A stretch of DNA of 32,950 bases from Leidyana gryllorum EB-2025a (GCA_048772705.1 JBLWGC010000098.1:1-32950), one strand, 5' to 3'; positions 9,794 through 20,521 are shown, counted from the stretch's first letter. Numbers and translations are program-made. The notes: generated from the sequence alone by a model not told the origin.

Positions 9794-9865
9794 CTCCGAA
9801 ACCGGGGATCGAACCCGGGTCTTCCGCGTGACAGGCGGAAATACTGACCACTCTACTATCTCGGG
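9794..9865 (-). tRNA. tRNA-Asp(GTC)
   Basis: CT GTC AC loop, GGTTCGATCC; 1:72 mismatch. Confidence 0.8.
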
Positions 9866-9961
9866 CCGGTCGTAAACACGCCCGCCTCCAACTCCAGAAA
9901 TCCTCGCATTTTGAGATTCCACGGACAGGAAACAAGTGGAACGGCGAGCCAACAACACTCC

Positions 9962-10040
9962 GGCAAGATGGCCGAGTGGTCCAAGGCGCTGTGTTCAGGC
10001 CGCAGCCCGAAGGGCGGGGGTTCGAATCCCACTCTTATCA
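9962..10040 (+). tRNA. tRNA-Leu(CAG)
   Basis: Long variable arm GCCCGAAGGGC, TT CAG GC; acceptor and T-stem mismatches. Confidence 0.75.
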
Positions 10041-10169
10041 GGCCTTGTAGTCAGGACAACCTGCGTCTTCATCCCAGCATGCCCGCACGATGCGTGCGTG
10101 ACACCCCGCTGTGGACGTACCACCCGACTAAGTGTTGATACAACTGACATATGAATATCCAGCTAAGTT

Positions 10170-10216
10170 GCCTTCCCAGCTGAGGGGCAGAGCGTTTGCT
10201 TCGTAAGCAGAAGGCT
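10170..10216 (+). pseudogene. tRNA-Thr(CGT) with T arm deleted
   Basis: 5' half joined directly to AGAAGGCT 3' end. Confidence 0.7.
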
Positions 10217-10283
10217 GTGATGCATCGATAGGCTCATAAGGAATGGCTGTCACCACGTACAAGATTCGACAAGATCGTGTTCT

Positions 10284-10354
10284 GCATCTGTGGTCTAGTG
10301 GAAGAGTCTCTGCTTGCCATCGAGATAACCCTTGTTCCATTCCCGACAGATGCA
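10284..10354 (+). pseudogene. tRNA-Gly(GCC) pseudogene
   Basis: Gly body; damaged D, anticodon and T arms. Confidence 0.75.
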
Positions 10355-10398
10355 AAATGATAGCATGATGAGTTTGTCGGCGGTGCCGATTCCGACCG

Positions 10399-10471
10399 TG
10401 GGAGTGGAGAGGATCGTACTCTCGACTTCAGGATTATGAGACCTACCCGCTACCGACTGCGCTACACTCCC
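10399..10471 (-). pseudogene. tRNA-Met(CAT), T-loop GTACG
   Basis: Two substitutions versus 338-410. Confidence 0.78.
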
Positions 10472-10547
10472 CCTCCGACTTTCTCCGGAGAATTACCCGA
10501 ACTCAGAAGCATGCTGCCAGGTAGGTTGGGTCAAGATACAAAAAAGC

Positions 10548-10619
10548 GGGCTGTTCTGGGAAGCGAACCCAGGACTTCTTCCACCCGAAGGAAGGATCAT
10601 ACCACTAGACCAAACAGCC
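10548..10619 (-). tRNA. tRNA-Pro(CGG), A58>C
   Basis: Near-identical to 488-559; followed by an oligo-T run. Confidence 0.75.
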
Positions 10620-10708
10620 AGATGCTCGGTAATGCAACCCACCGGGTACAGCCGAGAGACTGGTCATACTGTGTAAGGGATCACGGAATGCCATGGGGCT
10701 TGCGCTAC

Positions 10709-10781
10709 AGGCGACTAGCTCAGATGATTGAGCGGTCGCTCAGCGTGCGGAAGGGACTGGGATCGATGCCCAGCCCATCCA
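10709..10781 (+). pseudogene. tRNA-Ala(AGC) pseudogene
   Basis: Ala body with many substitutions. Confidence 0.7.
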
Positions 10782-10963
10782 AACTATATGCATAGCATCT
10801 TCGCCAGTTCAAGTACAGTTGGAACATCAACACTGTCTGCCAAAGCCCAGCAGGGGGAGTAGTAGTTTTCAAAGCACACCTCTACTTCCGATGGGAGGGA
10901 ATCGTGGTGAGATGCCGGCACTTTCCCATTGGTCAGTGCCGCAGGGGGGCAGGCTGAAGAGGC

Positions 10964-11002
10964 GGCTGTTTGGTTTAGTGGTATGATTCTTCCTCGGGTA
11001 GG
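10964..11002 (+). pseudogene. tRNA-Pro 5' half
   Basis: Truncated after anticodon; joined to Asn upstream spacer. Confidence 0.65.
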
Positions 11003-11016
11003 GAACATTGCAAGTA

Positions 11017-11089
11017 GGTCTTGTAGCTCAGTCGGCAGAGCGTGTGGCTGTTAACCACAAAGTCGCAGGTTCGAAACCTGCCAGGACCG
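11017..11089 (+). tRNA. tRNA-Asn(GTT)
   Basis: Intact cloverleaf. Confidence 0.92.
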
Positions 11090-11196
11090 GCTTCAGAGGC
11101 ACCTCAGACATTGACTGCGGTGCTCTCCCAATGGCACTTGTGGTCTGCGATGATAAGGTTGGGTTTGGATCCCGGCACGTGCAGCCGTACGTACTT

Positions 11197-11269
11197 TGGA
11201 CGACCTGGGCATTGATCCCAGTACCTTTCACATGCTAAGCAAGCTCTCTACCATTCAAGCCAGTCGCCC
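11197..11269 (-). pseudogene. tRNA-Ala(AGC), degenerate
   Basis: Ala body with multiple transitions. Confidence 0.72.
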
Positions 11270-11384
11270 ATTCAGCAAATCCAAGTGCATAGAGTGTTTT
11301 TTACATGGTATGACCAGTCTCCAAACTGCATCGATCACTTGCACCAGTTTGTGCTCCACTTTGCACAAGCGAAGGCACGCAGGA

Positions 11385-11457
11385 AATGGCTGGAGGGACT
11401 CGAACCCTCAACCTTTGCCTTAGGAGGCCAACGCGCTATCCATTGCGCCACAACCGC
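11385..11457 (-). tRNA. tRNA-Arg(CCT), mismatches in acceptor and anticodon stems
   Basis: TGGCGCAATGGATAGCGC D arm, CT CCT AA, GAGGG TTCGAGT CCCTC. Confidence 0.72.
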
Positions 11458-11550
11458 ATTCGGGACCCATCCGACTTTTGAGTGGGACAGAACCGGGCCA
11501 CCCCGCGGAGTCTTGTTCTGCGCAGCAATTCAAAATCAACTTGTGATGCT

Positions 11551-11624
11551 GGCAACTTGCCCGTGTGGTTGGGCCGGTAGACTAGAAATCTACCGGTTCC
11601 GCTAGCCTAAAACCAGCGATCGTT
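11551..11624 (+). pseudogene. tRNA-Ser(AGA) relic
   Basis: GGCAACTTGCCCG..GTAGA CT AGA AA TCTAC; 3' half decayed. Confidence 0.65.
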
Positions 11625-11680
11625 GTGTGATGTGATCTGGCATTGACCGTAAAAGTCGTCGACAATTCGGGAAGACTTAC

Positions 11681-11758
11681 GATGAGGGTGATAATTGATC
11701 TCCCGCGGCTGGAGCGCAACGGCTTCGCCCGCCGCCTCAACCATTCGGCCACCTTACC
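11681..11758 (-). pseudogene. tRNA-Ser(GCT-family) relic
   Basis: Degraded homologue of 11880-11961. Confidence 0.55.
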
Positions 11759-11879
11759 AGGGAGCTATTCGAAAATCTTTCAACTGGCTCTTATATATAC
11801 AGCTCCCAGCCTAGAGCGTTGAAGTTCAGTCGGGCCGAAACGTCAGCTTAATCACTGAAGCAGTTGCGCTCTCCCCGAA

Positions 11880-11961
11880 TGACAAGAGTGAGATTCGAAC
11901 TCACGCGGGTGAAGCGCAACGGCTTCGCAGGCCGCCGACTTAACCACTCGGCCACTTTGCC
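11880..11961 (-). tRNA. tRNA-Ser(GCT)-family body with anticodon GCG
   Basis: 82 nt, long variable region, GCGGC CT GCG AA GCCGT; paralogue 25863-25944 has GCT. Confidence 0.65.
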
Positions 11962-12171
11962 GAGAGTGGAACGGATTACACCTGCCCTTGGGAATCCGTG
12001 CGAACTGTTAGTGGATAAGGTACACCTCTTCTCGACGGCAGTATTTGGCTCTGGTATGACTGTTTGGTAGGGTGGACGAAGGTCTGAATGACCGCTCCAG
12101 TGCCCATCATGGTCCTTTGGTGAGCACACCACTCGCTCCTTCGGTTAGTAACTGTTCACCTAAACTCTGAA

Positions 12172-12247
12172 GGGATCGCGTATTTCAGTTGGTTAGAGCG
12201 TGAGCCTAATAAGTTCTGAGTCCGCGATTGGAGCCCGGCGGTGACCA
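12172..12247 (+). pseudogene. tRNA-Ile(AAT) relic
   Basis: GAGC CT AAT AA G; homologue of 22571-22644; more decayed relics at ~6245-6312 and ~26120-26190. Confidence 0.65.
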
Positions 12248-12344
12248 AGTGAGTGGATCTCTAATTCAGATTCGCCCTGTACCCGAGGAAGACCCGAGAT
12301 TTCCCAATCAATTTGAATGGAATTTTTTTACTGAGTCCGAGCTT

Positions 12345-12418
12345 GCCGGCCCAAGCCCGTCGGTAGAGCCCAAGCCTTTTGACGGGAGAACCGCGGGTTC
12401 GGGCCGCGCGAGCAGTCC
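12345..12418 (+). pseudogene. tRNA-Lys(TTT) relic
   Basis: Homologue of 24806-24878 with the same downstream flank. Confidence 0.55.
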
Positions 12419-12818
12419 TAGTCAAGCTTGCTGAACCGTATGTGAAGCCACTGGCCGCAAAATCAAGCAGTTGTCGTGTGCTGTGATGATCGGAGTGGAG
12501 TGGTGATCATAAACGTGATCGAGAAGGCCCGGGATGGGGTTGCTTAGCTCGTGTCACTCTGAGTGCTACAGCCTCTGTCGATCTTTCGACTGCACTTTCG
12601 ACTGCACTTGTGGCCTGAGGGCAAAATGCGACCGTGTTAAGGTCGTAACCCGGACTGACTTCCGGCAGCTACAGCCGTATGCAAGTCGCGACCTGTCTAT
12701 CGATCCCATCTCGCATGTAAATCAGCACTCTAGTCGCCCCTTGTGCACACCCCATCGCATTCGTTGGGACTCAACATAGTATGACCACTGTCCTCAGCGG
12801 GGTGCACGACCGACAGGC

Positions 12819-12848
12819 GGCTATATGGTCTAGTGGTATGATTCTTCC
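12819..12848 (+). pseudogene. tRNA-Pro 5' fragment abutting retro-derived DNA
   Basis: GGCTATATGGTCTAGTGGTATGATTCTTCC then unrelated sequence. Confidence 0.65.
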
Positions 12849-13020
12849 AGCACTCACGCAACTTCACAGCGGCACTGCAAATGAGGCAATGAGCGGACCA
12901 CCACTCCCGCAACCGACATATGTCCCCTACAACAGGGATTCGCCTGGCTCACAATACCGTCGGCCAGCCCCAATTCGCAGGAACATCTACAGTCCTGCAG
13001 GGGGAAGTCGCACTTTGCCA

Positions 13021-13196
13021 GATAAGTCTAATGCGGCTGCTTGCTCGGTCCACAACAACCATGATGTAGTTCAGTCTTGAAGCAGGGTCCGTCGGCATTC
13101 CTAGGAAATTTTTTCCAATGTGTTGCCATCGGAATGGGAAAAGGGGTTCTCTATCGGGTGCAACAGGCCTGCTTGTTTCTGGGTTGTGTGCTTCGC
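13021..13196 (-). mobile_element. pol: Integrase fragment, same family as element A
   Basis: Nucleotide homology to 4311-4481. Confidence 0.85.
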
Positions 13197-14300
13197 ATTA
13201 GAACAGACTTGCGAGCAGTACAGACAACACAGGAATCAGCAGACATGACGACCCTCACGAAGATCATAATTGAACTCATCAGAAACAGTCAAACAGAGAA
13301 AGGAGAACAGAAGAACGTTAGAGGGATGCGGGATGGGCACTACAAACACAAGACCACTTCAACGGACTGGATGAAGCCTCGGTACGAGACTGGATTGACG
13401 GATGTGAATCGAAATTCGTCACATGGAATATCACATCGGGCTCGGAACGCATACAAGCCGTCTGCGGACACCTCGCCGGTAACGCAAGTAGATGGTTCCT
13501 CGCCAAACCGGAAATGAAATACCTGACATGGAACAGTTTAAGACCGTTTTTATCAAAGACTTTGGACCACCGGGAACCCCGGAGGATGACCTAATCAAAC
13601 TAATGCGCTTACGCCAGACACACTCCATGATCGATTATGTGAGCAGAACAAGACAATCAATCCGCGGAATAGATCGCCGAATCCCCGAGTCAACACTTAT
13701 CCAACTATTCTTTGAGGGACTACCTCAATTCGACAAACAAACGCTCGACGCCATCTTCATACCGATCAAGGTGGGGTCCTCACAGACGAAGGCCAGTCGA
13801 CGCATGCGCATCAATAGACACAGGATCGAACATATCCAACACGTCACAACATAATTGTCAACAGTCGGGATTGGTCATACAACCTCACAAAGAGTACACT
13901 AACCGGACTCGGTGGCGAAGCCCATATCTTAGGACAAACGGAACGCGTATGACCTTTTACTTGGAACGCGTGACATTGCCAAACTCAACGTTTGCCAAAC
14001 TCAACGTCAACATAAGGACAAGAACCAGTGGACAGCTGTGTGTAATAGTGGATAAACGGGTTGAGTGGCACAAAGAGTTGATCCACAACTATGGACATGG
14101 ATGGCAACTACGACGGATAAAAGAAACCCAGATATAGCCGATATCCCACCACCCATCGATTCAGAGATGAATTTATCACAGAACGCTCAATGGATAATCA
14201 GAGAATACAGTCACATCCCATTCAACTTATCAACCCCAACCAAACACCCGTGGCGAAAACACCATATCGGATACCACAGAAGTGGGTTAACGAGAGGGGG
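13197..14300 (+). mobile_element. gag: Decayed, internally deleted Gypsy gag-protease-RT N-terminus (element A family)
   Basis: Gag-like FKTVFIKDFG..LMRLRQ..DYVSR..FFEGL (13492-13854); TPYRIPQKWVNE at ~14240-14300 matches 6000-6065. Confidence 0.75.
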
Positions 14301-14376
14301 CCAGCTATCGACAGTCTCGTCTCATTCACGGATCCCCTAGCATCAGTCTCAATTCCTTCTAGGATCTCCTTCCACA

Positions 14377-15654
14377 TCACTGCTGGGGGACTGTGTCGTA
14401 TTTTCGGCCTTTAGGGCATGCTGGGATCTCTCTCTCCAAGGTTTTTACAGTGTCTGATGCTAGACTAGCAGGAATTGGGCCCTCGAGCTTCTTGCACATC
14501 CGGACAGGAACTGGAGCAGTTTTTCGTGTTCCATAATAGTATACTTCTAACTGGCCTTTTGAAACTTTCTTCACCTTAGCAGGCAGACTCCACCTAGCCC
14601 CGTAAAGGTTTGTTTGGGTAGTCCTAGCTCTAGCTCCACCTTGGCTAGTTCCCGGCAGTTGCGTAATGACGTAGTCTCCGGCCTGAAAACTAAGACTGTC
14701 TACCTCCTTCGTTGTTGTGCGGTGGTCGATTCTTTCACCATTCTCATCGTCACTCCTGCGAGTTTCGCTTTAGCCACTGATTCCTCACTGTCTAATCTCC
14801 AACGCTGTAGCCCCGGTAGGACTAAATCAAAGCCCATCAGTGCGCAGAACGGACTCTCCCCCAGTGCTGAATGAGGTGTTGCATTGTGAATCTGAGTCGC
14901 TGTGTCTAATGCTTCCTCAAACGTAAAGATGGGGTCGTCTTCAGCTATTTTTAGACAGGCTTCTAAAACTTTTGTGGCTGGCTTCGTTAATTCCATTCCC
15001 GTGAGGATAGTATGGACTGCTGAGTGCATGATAGGCAACTAACGCCCGTAACACATACTCCTTGAAACTTCCTTTGAAATGTGTTCCACTGTCAGTCAGC
15101 ACGGCAGTCGGTGCTCCAAAAACAGTGGTCCATTTTTGTAGTCCCGCCTTCGCATCTGTTGCTAGTGGGGGTCTTCGCACTGGGTAAGTCATCAAAAACC
15201 TAGCAGCGTGGTCAACAATGACTAGATAGTATACTCGCTCTCCTCCCCAGCTTCTCGGGCCCACAAAGTCAGCACTAATTAGTTCCAGCGGTCGAGCCTT
15301 TCTTAACATTAGTGGAGCCTTCCTGTTGCAGGTCAAACACTTGTTGATGTACTCCCGCGTGTCCTGAGCCATCCCGCGCCACCAGACCCATCTTCTCAGT
15401 CGTGCCACGGTCCTGTTTATCCCTAAATGCACTCCATACCTAGAAGTGTGGAACCAGTATAACCCTCCCTCTCTTAGCCTGCTAGGAATGAACAGCTTAT
15501 GATTCTGTTGTGACACATAGTGTCCCGATGGTAGCTTGTAGCAGTCTGCACGTTCCTTGTCCGTCATGCTCCCGTACTCCGCCACAATCTCCGCCAGCTG
15601 CGGTATCCTAGGGGTCCTGCCTGCCAACTGACTCACATAGCATGGCAAGGCCAT
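14377..15654 (-). pseudogene. pol: Gypsy integrase (element C), frameshifted
   Basis: HTSRYGVH..CLTC, ISADFVG, VLTDSG, PHGNGINEASH, HSALGESPF. Confidence 0.88.
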
Positions 15655-16180
15655 GTCAGCTGCTTCCCCCCCGTAAGATCACCCTCTGTTGTACGCGACA
15701 ACCAATCTGCAATGGTGTTAACTTCTCCCAAAATATCAAACTGCTGCAGAAAGATAGCGCAGCGTTGAACTTTCCCTTCTTGGGCGGCCCACATCCATCG
15801 AAGGTCAGTTTCAATAATAGTTCTTGAGCAACGGATGTAATCCTTGAAATGGTCCACTGCCCAGTTAATAGCAAACGCTTCCAGCTCCCCGGTATTCCAC
15901 CGTCTTTCAGTCTCAGACAGTGTTTTGCTCGCAAACTCGATGGGCGTCCAGAAATTGACTACAACCTGTCGGTGCTCTTAGGATCACTGCTCCTGCCAGT
16001 TCTCTCTTAAACAATTCAAATGCCTGCTGCTGCTCGTCCTGCCAAACCCACATCGCTCCCTTCTTCATCAGTCTAGTGAGTGGTTCTACTATCGTCGCCA
16101 AAATTGGGTATGAACCTGCTTACATAGCTAACTGCTCCTAAGAACGACTTCAGCACCTTCTTATCATTCGGTGGGGCTGC
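15633..16180 (-). pseudogene. pol: RT connection and RNase H (element C), fragmented
   Basis: EPLTRLMKK..WVWQDEQQQAFE, NTIADWLSR. Confidence 0.8.
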
Positions 16181-16800
16181 CTAAACGATCCCTTGCACCT
16201 TCATAGGTGATGGTGCTACTCCTTTCAGACCCACCGCGTGCCCTAAAACTTCGATCTGGCCTTTGTCCAGTTCTGACTTCTGTAGTTTCAGCGAGATTCC
16301 ACTTTCCACTGCTCTCTGCAGTACCTCCTCTAGCGATCTGTCATGTTCCTCCACTGAATTAGCTGCTATCACGGTATCATCAACATAACAAAACACTCCT
16401 TGGTTGTATAGTTCCCCGAATATCATGTCCATGACGCGCTGAAATCCAGATACACTTGTCTTAATTCCAAAAGGTAACACATTGAATTCAAATGTTCCTC
16501 GATGTGTGACAAACGCTGTATATTCCTTGCTCTCCTCTTCCAGTGGCATCTGCTAGAACCCAGAATAGCAGTCTAAACTAGAGTATCTCTCCTTGCCCGC
16601 TATGTTCTGTAGCTGCTCCCATATGAGCGGAAGGGGATAGGCGTCTGACTTCACCTGTTTGTTCAATGGTCTATTCTATACACATCCTCCATCTGCCATC
16701 CTTCTTCCTAATGGATTTGCTAGGTCTAATGGCATTCTCCTCTAGCAGCGAATCAATCTGTCTCTCTAAGACCTCTTTCAGTTCTGGAGCTAGCCGCCTA
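16181..16800 (-). pseudogene. pol: Reverse transcriptase (element C)
   Basis: KKDGRWRMCI, LDCYSGF*Q, VLPFG, YVDD. Confidence 0.9.
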
Positions 16801-17639
16801 ATCGGTTCTTTCACAGGTCTACCTGTCACTTCTAGCCCAGCTGCCACTCCTTTTATAGCGACCAGTCGGGGCTTGATCCAGCATTCTCCATACTGCATAA
16901 ATAGCTCAAATAATTTTCTTTTTCGGTCTAGATCCAGCTCCCCAACTGCCTCGTCAAACCTCTTCCCCAGTAGTTCTAGCTCCAAAGAACCATCACCATC
17001 CTCTTCAGCTACTGCAATTAGTGGATCCTCCTCAGCCGTAGCGATCACACTTATCGTGTCCCCATCTTTCACCACAAAATTGATTGTGTCTATCAGGGTC
17101 TTTAACTTTTTGAGTTCAGCATATCCTAGCAAGGCTGGGAACTCCTCTTCCTCGATCACATAAAACTCCGCTGTAATCATCCTAGTCCCTATCTGCATGT
17201 TGATTCTTTTTTGTTGCCTCGCCTTCCTCCTTCCCAATCCTATGAAACTGCACCATTGTCCTGTAGGTTGTAGTTTAAGCTTCCAAGCCAGCGCTTCTCC
17301 ACACACTGACTTCACCGCCCCCGTATCCATCAGTAGCGGCACTTGCGTACCTTCATAAACTCCCATAACCCTGAAAGTCCAACGCCTCTGCGTGGCAAGA
17401 TTCATGAAACTCGCTTCCATGGCGCACATACCCAGGTAGTCCTCTTCATGTGCTGAGTCCTGCTCATAGTCCTGTACCACATTAGCTCCCATACTACCAG
17501 CTTCCGGGGCTGTAGATGGCACCGGTGGTTGCTGTCTGTCTACCGGAGCACCCCTCTGCTCTGGTATATTCTTGTGAATTAGCCTGATAGCTTTCTGCAT
17601 GCCTGCAGCCTTAGTTCCATCTCTCTCCACTGTTATCAC
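16801..17639 (-). pseudogene. pol: Gag C-terminus and aspartic protease (element C)
   Basis: LLMDTGA active-site motif, ALLG. Confidence 0.85.
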
Positions 17640-17645
17640 GGCTCC

Positions 17646-18544
17646 TCATCTAAACTTCTCCTTCATTTCCACCTGCTTATCACCCAAACAGTCAGTAGTG
17701 AAACTGCTCGGACAAGCCTTCCTGAGATGTCCTTTCTTTTCGCAACGATTGCATACCGTTTCCTTGCTTCCTAAGGTGGTACGGTGGACAGCCATGGCAT
17801 GGCCCAATTCGCCTAGCGGTGGGCTGCTGCTGTGCCGTTGCTGTCGGAGATTCACTCGTCTCTATACCTGCTCTCAAAATCATTAGCTCCTGCTCTCCCA
17901 ACAGCTCTTTGCGCATCCTTTCCACTCGAAAGGCCTTCTCCAATAGCCTATTCTCCAGTGTCCATTCAACCTCCATCATTAGGCGTGCTGTGACCTCCTT
18001 AGGTAATGCAGCCTTGATGGTCTGAGTTAGCCGACGCTTACCTAGTCCTGCTTACTCTCACAGCCCTCTGTGTCTTCACCACTAACATAGTCACCGCTTC
18101 CCTAACTGATGAATGCTCCGCTGGGCACTGGATCTGCCTCTCCAGTGCTGCTAGGTAATTATCTGTTGTGAAATCAGAGTTGGCGACAATCGTCACCAGA
18201 TCTTCATATCTAGTAACCTTTGGCGCCCCTGCTATGGAAATCCGCCACAATGGATTCTCTGCTGCCGCTGCCCGTTTGGCCTTGAACAGCTTCAATGAAC
18301 ATGGCGTCATCCGCATCATATCTGTAGCCATGCCCAACCATTCCTCGATTTCTTGCTCATTCCGCGAGTCAAATCTGGAGTATTCCAGCCTTCTATTCGC
18401 TTTCGCCCAGTCCTTCTCTGCTTCACGCGTTATATCTTCCGACCGTACCTGCGGGAATCGTGCCTGCACCTCTCCAACGGCTGCAAGCAGCATTATTTCG
18501 TCGTTTCCTAGAGAAAAGCCCCCATGATCTGAAAAGCCATCCAT
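17646..18544 (-). pseudogene. gag: Gag (element C), frameshifted
   Basis: ATG at 18544 (MDGFSD); zinc knuckle CNRCEKKGHLRKAC; lies upstream of protease. Confidence 0.75.
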
Positions 18545-18565
18545 GGTAAGATGATGACTTCGTGG

Positions 18566-19031
18566 TGTTATATCCGCAGTCGGGCGTACGACCGGGCCCA
18601 AGGTAGCACAAGCGACATGAACTGATCGAGAACATGGACTGATCAGCTGAAGAGCTAAGCTTAGTGTGGTCGTAGGGCGAGTTGATCAGCAGGCTCGACT
18701 CCGAGTCCCTGTTCAACCTACGTTCTCGAGAAGCGATATCAAGTCTTACCGTGAGCTGGCGAAGGTCTCAGGAGCGTAACCCTGAGATAGTCCCAAGTCC
18801 CAGTGTCCCATTTGGCAAGCAACTGGATTCATGGAAAGGGGCAGTTGGGACAGGCGAAATATCAGGAGAGTTAGGATTTTTTGGACAACGGATAAATAGG
18901 ATAAATAGAGCTTGCTTCCTGTTAACGCTTCCAGCTACACGCTAAAACCGTTCGTCTTCTTACAAATACCCGGGACGAAGGGTTCGGACGGCAAGCCATC
19001 GTTCTGGAGAGTGGGAGCACGGCAAATAACA
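18566..19031. mobile_element. Solo LTR-like element (466 bp) with 5-bp TSD CGTGG, nested in element C leader
   Basis: TGTTAT...ATAACA termini; CGTGG at 18561-18565 and 19032-19036; both ends homologous (inverted) to 1304-2118. Confidence 0.85.
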
Positions 19032-19071
19032 CGTGGCGTGGTAAGCTCGCCCGGATCTGAATGTTGTTCCT

Positions 19072-19083
19072 CGAAAGGTGCCA
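19072..19083 (-). promoter_or_regulatory. Putative primer-binding site of element C (tRNA-Lys-like)
   Basis: ..AACCA-G-TGGCACCTTTCG; TGGCACC complements Lys 3' end GGTG+CCA. Confidence 0.4.
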
Positions 19084-19371
19084 CTGGTTGATTCTTAGTT
19101 CCATTTGTAACCATTGTTCAAATCAATCCACGTAGATAAAAACGAAAGCACACACGTGTCTGTGTCTCCCCGGCTGGTCTTTTAGAGGCCGGCAGGAGAC
19201 ATGCTGCCTAACTATGCTTAATTGGGGTGATGACTGGGGCTTAACATCTAACTCGTCTAGCTAACCCTAATAGATCAACTGCGCTGCTCTCCCAACGCCA
19301 CTTGTGGTCTGGAACCCTTCAAAGGTGCTAAAATTGGGTTTGAATTCCGGCACGTGCAGGCGTACGTACTT

Positions 19372-19444
19372 TGAACGACCTGGACATCGATCCCAGTACC
19401 TCTCGCATGCTGAGCGAGCGCTCTACCATTCGAGCTAGTCGCCC
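19372..19444 (-). tRNA. tRNA-Ala(AGC), A14>G and U33>C
   Basis: Ala body with four transitions. Confidence 0.7.
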
Positions 19445-19709
19445 GTTCACCGGACCTTGATGCATACAGGGCTTCTGTACATGGTATGACCAGTCTCGCG
19501 ACTTTACCCATCACATTCATCAGTTTTTGCTCCAAAAGTCAGCAAGAACTGCGTTTTTTCAAACGACCAACCTTTGGGCTAACAGCCCAAAACTCTTCCA
19601 CTCAGCTACATTGCTCAATCTCGGACATGGTGGACACAGCCCGAATGCGTGTGTCTATTTTTAAATGCCTCGACAGCTCTGAGGGTATACCGGGTAAAGC
19701 TGATTCGAC

Positions 19710-19779
19710 GGGCGTTCGGTCTAGTGGTAGAGTTCTCCCTTCGGTGGAAGAGTCCTGGGTTCGATTCCCAGATCAGCGC
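19710..19779 (+). pseudogene. tRNA-Pro(CGG) pseudogene
   Basis: Pro body with indels; B-box intact. Confidence 0.7.
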
Positions 19780-19952
19780 CCTTTTGTTGTAGGTTGACCG
19801 GAGCACGTCTTGCCTGGTTGTTAGCTACGGACCTGTAGCCTCACAGAAATGGGACGGGCCGAAAGAACGCAGTTGGTAAAGCATCTGACGCTCCTGTTGC
19901 ATCCCATGCTGATAGGATGATTCGCTACCTTTATAGTTTCACCCCGAAGATT

Positions 19953-20021
19953 TTCCGAGTCGTCTAGTCTTAGGACAGCAAGTTGTGGCCGTGCAAACCC
20001 AGGCTCGATTCTGCCCGGACA
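19953..20021 (+). pseudogene. tRNA-His(GTG) pseudogene
   Basis: His body with small deletions. Confidence 0.7.
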
Positions 20022-20109
20022 GTATGTCTCTGGTGTCCCGAATGCAAACTCTTGCCGCGATCAACAACGCTTGATCACCACACACATCCATTTGATGGCC
20101 CCGCTAATC

Positions 20110-20182
20110 GGCGCTATGGCCTTATGGATATGGCATCGGTCTACGGAACCGGGGATTCTGAGTTCGAGTACCAGTAGCGTCT
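20110..20182 (+). pseudogene. tRNA-Arg(ACG), A14>T and T-stem mismatches
   Basis: Homologue of 32774-32846. Confidence 0.78.
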
Positions 20183-20449
20183 GGACGAGGGGTCGGGTTC
20201 GAGCCCCTCACCTGCTGCAACTCAAATTCTGTCTCAGCTGGTCGGGACCTCATCCGGGATTGTACGAGTGGGAGCCGCGTATCTTGACCGACCTTGGAGA
20301 GACGTGACATTGAGTCAACAACTATCAGACGGGCTGGCCTAGGCCAAAGATGCGTGACACGTTGTTGTTCAAGCTCGTACTCAATAAGGGCCGTTTTGCT
20401 TCAAATGAGAAGTCAGAATCGAGTTCAGCGAGTATGAGGGGCAGTCCAT

Positions 20450-20521
20450 GAGTACGCAGCTCAGTGGTGGAGCACGTGACTGCAGATCAGCAAGTCCGTG
20501 GTTCAACCCCGTGCGTGCCCT
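20450..20521 (+). pseudogene. tRNA-Cys(GCA), degenerate
   Basis: TGA CT GCA GA TCA, U73; U8>C and stem mismatches. Confidence 0.72.

Larger units (their letters stand above)
9620..10045. repeat. Module Val-Asp(-)-Leu
   Basis: Recurs inverted at ~20700-21120 and ~31740-32085; partial relic at ~29585-29765. Confidence 0.85.
14340..19250 (-). mobile_element. Ty3/Gypsy element C: near full-length frameshifted gag-pol, no 3' LTR
   Basis: gag, CCHC, PR, RT, RH, IN in Gypsy order; leader interrupted by solo LTR; boundaries approximate. Confidence 0.88.

Noticed and set aside
13976-14007. 16-bp tandem duplication TTGCCAAACTCAACGT (and a 12-bp one at ~12584)
   Set aside because: Ordinary slippage in decaying sequence.
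14377-18040. In-frame TAG stops in retro ORFs as evidence for UAG=Gln
   Set aside because: The elements are also full of frameshifts and other stops, and the one assignable TAG (GF*Q) replaces Trp; uninformative.
18038-18601. Gag starting at 18601 with 18566-19031 as element C's own 5' LTR
   Set aside because: The CGTGG duplication shows 18566-19031 is a nested insertion; the upstream codons come from it and the ATG at 18544 is the plausible start.
1304-19031. The two related LTR-like elements as paired LTRs or TIRs of one 17.7-kb element
   Set aside because: They are inverted relative to each other and each has its own distinct 5-bp TSD, so they are independent insertions.
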